DNA of 64,000 nucleotides from Bacteroidales bacterium (GTDB lineage Bacteria; Bacteroidota; Bacteroidia; Bacteroidales; VadinHA17): NCBI GenBank assembly GCA_017882305.1, contig JADGPU010000002.1, positions 1,022 to 65,021 of the forward strand, read 5' to 3'. Shown piece by piece: positions 62,805 to 64,000 of this stretch (position 1 is its first letter; each line of letters starts with the position of its first letter). The notes under the pieces were generated by a model. It saw only the letters and a program-made list of their open reading frames with translations, ran no database searches and was not told where the DNA came from. The position numbers and the translations under genes were made by a program.

Positions 62805-64000
62805 TTGGCTTCAAACAAAACATCATATAAATATCTGGTGCTATTGGGATTATCAATGGTACTGACATACTGTTCGGTAGAAAAAAACACGGGCTCAAGC
62901 AGGTTTTATCAGAGTATGACCGCCAGATATAACATCTATTTTAATGGTTATGAGAGCTTTAAGACTGGCCTGGTAAAAATATCAAGGGGTTATCAGGATG
63001 ATTATGGAGAATTACTGAGAGTGTTTGAGTTCAGTGATCCTTCAACAGCCTCTCTTTGTTCTTCTGACATGGAAAGGGCAATTCAGAAAGCCTCAAAACT
63101 TATTTCTTTGAAATCAATAACTGCTAAACCAGAATTCAAGGGTACGCATGAACTCTCCGATAAGGATAAAAAACTCGTCGAAAGGAAAGAGTATAATGAG
63201 TGGGTTGACGACAGTTATCTGCTTATCGGGAAAGCCAGGTTTTATAAGCATGAGTATAATGAAGCCACTTCAATATTCAATTACTGCATAACCGATGCAA
63301 ACGATCCTTATATTAAGACAGAGGCTGTAATCTGGTTGGCAAGAATATATAATGAGACCGGCAATTATAATGAATCAAACAGATTAATCAGCGGCCTCGA
63401 TATTACAACGGATTTTGCAGAGTCATTAAAATCAATGTACTATACAACCATTGCTGATCTCTTTATCAGACAAAAAAGATATTCGGAAGCAATAGATCCA
63501 TTGGGGAAATCAATAGCTATTGTTTCAGGTAAAAGGGCCAGATACAGGCTTACATATCTTCTTGCTCAGTTATATGAAAAGACAGGCGATGGACCCAGGG
63601 CTATGTCTCTTTATCGCAATGTTGTCAATATGAACCCTCCTTATGATGTTGAATTTAATGCCAGAATAAACATTGCCGGTGTTTTTGATGTTAACTCCGG
63701 TAATCCAAAGGAAATTAGCAAAGAGCTTGAAAAAATGCTTAACGATTCAAAGAACAAAGACTATCAGGACCAGATCTACTTTGCCCTTGGTAATATGTCG
63801 ATGAAAGAGGGAAAGGAGTCGGAAGCCCTTGGATACTTTAGAAAATCTGCAGTTGCAAAATCGCAAAATCAGAATCAGAAAGGCAGATCTTACCTTGCTC
63901 TTGCAGGTTTTTACTTTAAGAGACCCGATTATATGAAGGCAGGGATCTATTATGATAGTGCCGTATATTTTCTTGACCAGAAATATCCCGATTATCTGGC
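62805..64000 (+). CDS. porW: T9SS periplasmic lipoprotein PorW/SprE (TPR), 5' part; continues past the right edge
   Basis: An open frame runs to the window end, so it is not in the ORF track. It reads ...KYLVLLGLSMVLTYCSVEKNTGSSRFYQSMTARYNIYFNGYESFKTG..., that is, a lipobox plus the SprE/PorW N-terminal pattern, then TPR-like repeats. The start is uncertain (a TTG near 62805 is needed to give a signal peptide). Confidence 0.65.
   Translation, partial: MASNKTSYKYLVLLGLSMVLTYCSVEKNTGSSRFYQSMTARYNIYFNGYESFKTGLVKISRGYQDDYGELLRVFEFSDPSTASLCSSDMERAIQKASKLISLKSITAKPEFKGTHELSDKDKKLVERKEYNEWVDDSYLLIGKARFYKHEYNEATSIFNYCITDANDPYIKTEAVIWLARIYNETGNYNESNRLISGLDITTDFAESLKSMYYTTIADLFIRQKRYSEAIDPLGKSIAIVSGKRARYRLTYLLAQLYEKTGDGPRAMSLYRNVVNMNPPYDVEFNARINIAGVFDVNSGNPKEISKELEKMLNDSKNKDYQDQIYFALGNMSMKEGKESEALGYFRKSAVAKSQNQNQKGRSYLALAGFYFKRPDYMKAGIYYDSAVYFLDQKYPDYL

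Noticed and set aside
1-64000. Searched by eye for CRISPR arrays, tRNA/rRNA genes, transposases, integrases, reverse transcriptases and toxin-antitoxin pairs.
   Set aside because: I found none. Apart from the short word arrays there are no regularly spaced 25-40-nt repeats, no cloverleaf-like GC-rich ~75-nt islands in the spacers I read, and no matching protein motifs. A tRNAscan/Rfam run would be needed to exclude small RNAs.

Overview
This 64-kb segment looks like Bacteroidota chromosome: it has a T9SS C-terminal-domain cargo protein, gldH, porW/sprE, an Oar-type TonB-dependent receptor, and many lipoprotein and Tat signals. I support about 58 protein-coding genes or gene remnants. By eye I found no rRNA, tRNA, CRISPR array, transposase or integrase. 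Everything here is manual motif reading. No search or folding was run, and coordinates of small non-coding features may be off by 1-2 nt.

- **0-25 kb:** mostly secreted or periplasmic accessory enzymes. These include DUF885, Tat-exported Gfo/Idh/MocA oxidoreductases with TIM-barrel isomerase-like partners, C1 and S1 peptidases, GH26, GH2 and a creatininase-family protein, plus acs. Two odd items sit here: a membrane-anchored TIR-TPR protein at 2.3-4.6 kb, and an AT-rich, gene-poor island at 12.3-15.8 kb carrying two small lysozyme-like secreted proteins.
- **26.3-31.8 kb:** a tight four-gene operon that I cannot assign to any characterised pathway. It encodes a Fe-S/FAD oxidoreductase, a thioester-reductase-type SDR, a B12-binding radical SAM enzyme and a UbiG-like methyltransferase. 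This is my best candidate for an undescribed system, most likely lipid or lipophilic-metabolite tailoring.
- **31.7-64 kb:** mainly housekeeping genes (non-canonical NRAMP, GT39, tcdA, tatD, gltX, tdh-kbl, nrdJ, waaA, a two-component pair, pgk, tpx, holB, PSP1, gldH, trmB, mrp, nifU, porW).
- **Scattered structure:** several intergenic spacers carry short 'word' repeats, meaning heptamers such as CACAGAG, ACAAAGG, ATCAGCG and GCGGAAT reiterated about every 10-11 nt and often in dyad symmetry. One of these abuts a frameshifted and truncated C1-peptidase pseudogene. A 3' remnant of a YjbR-family gene also marks a local rearrangement.
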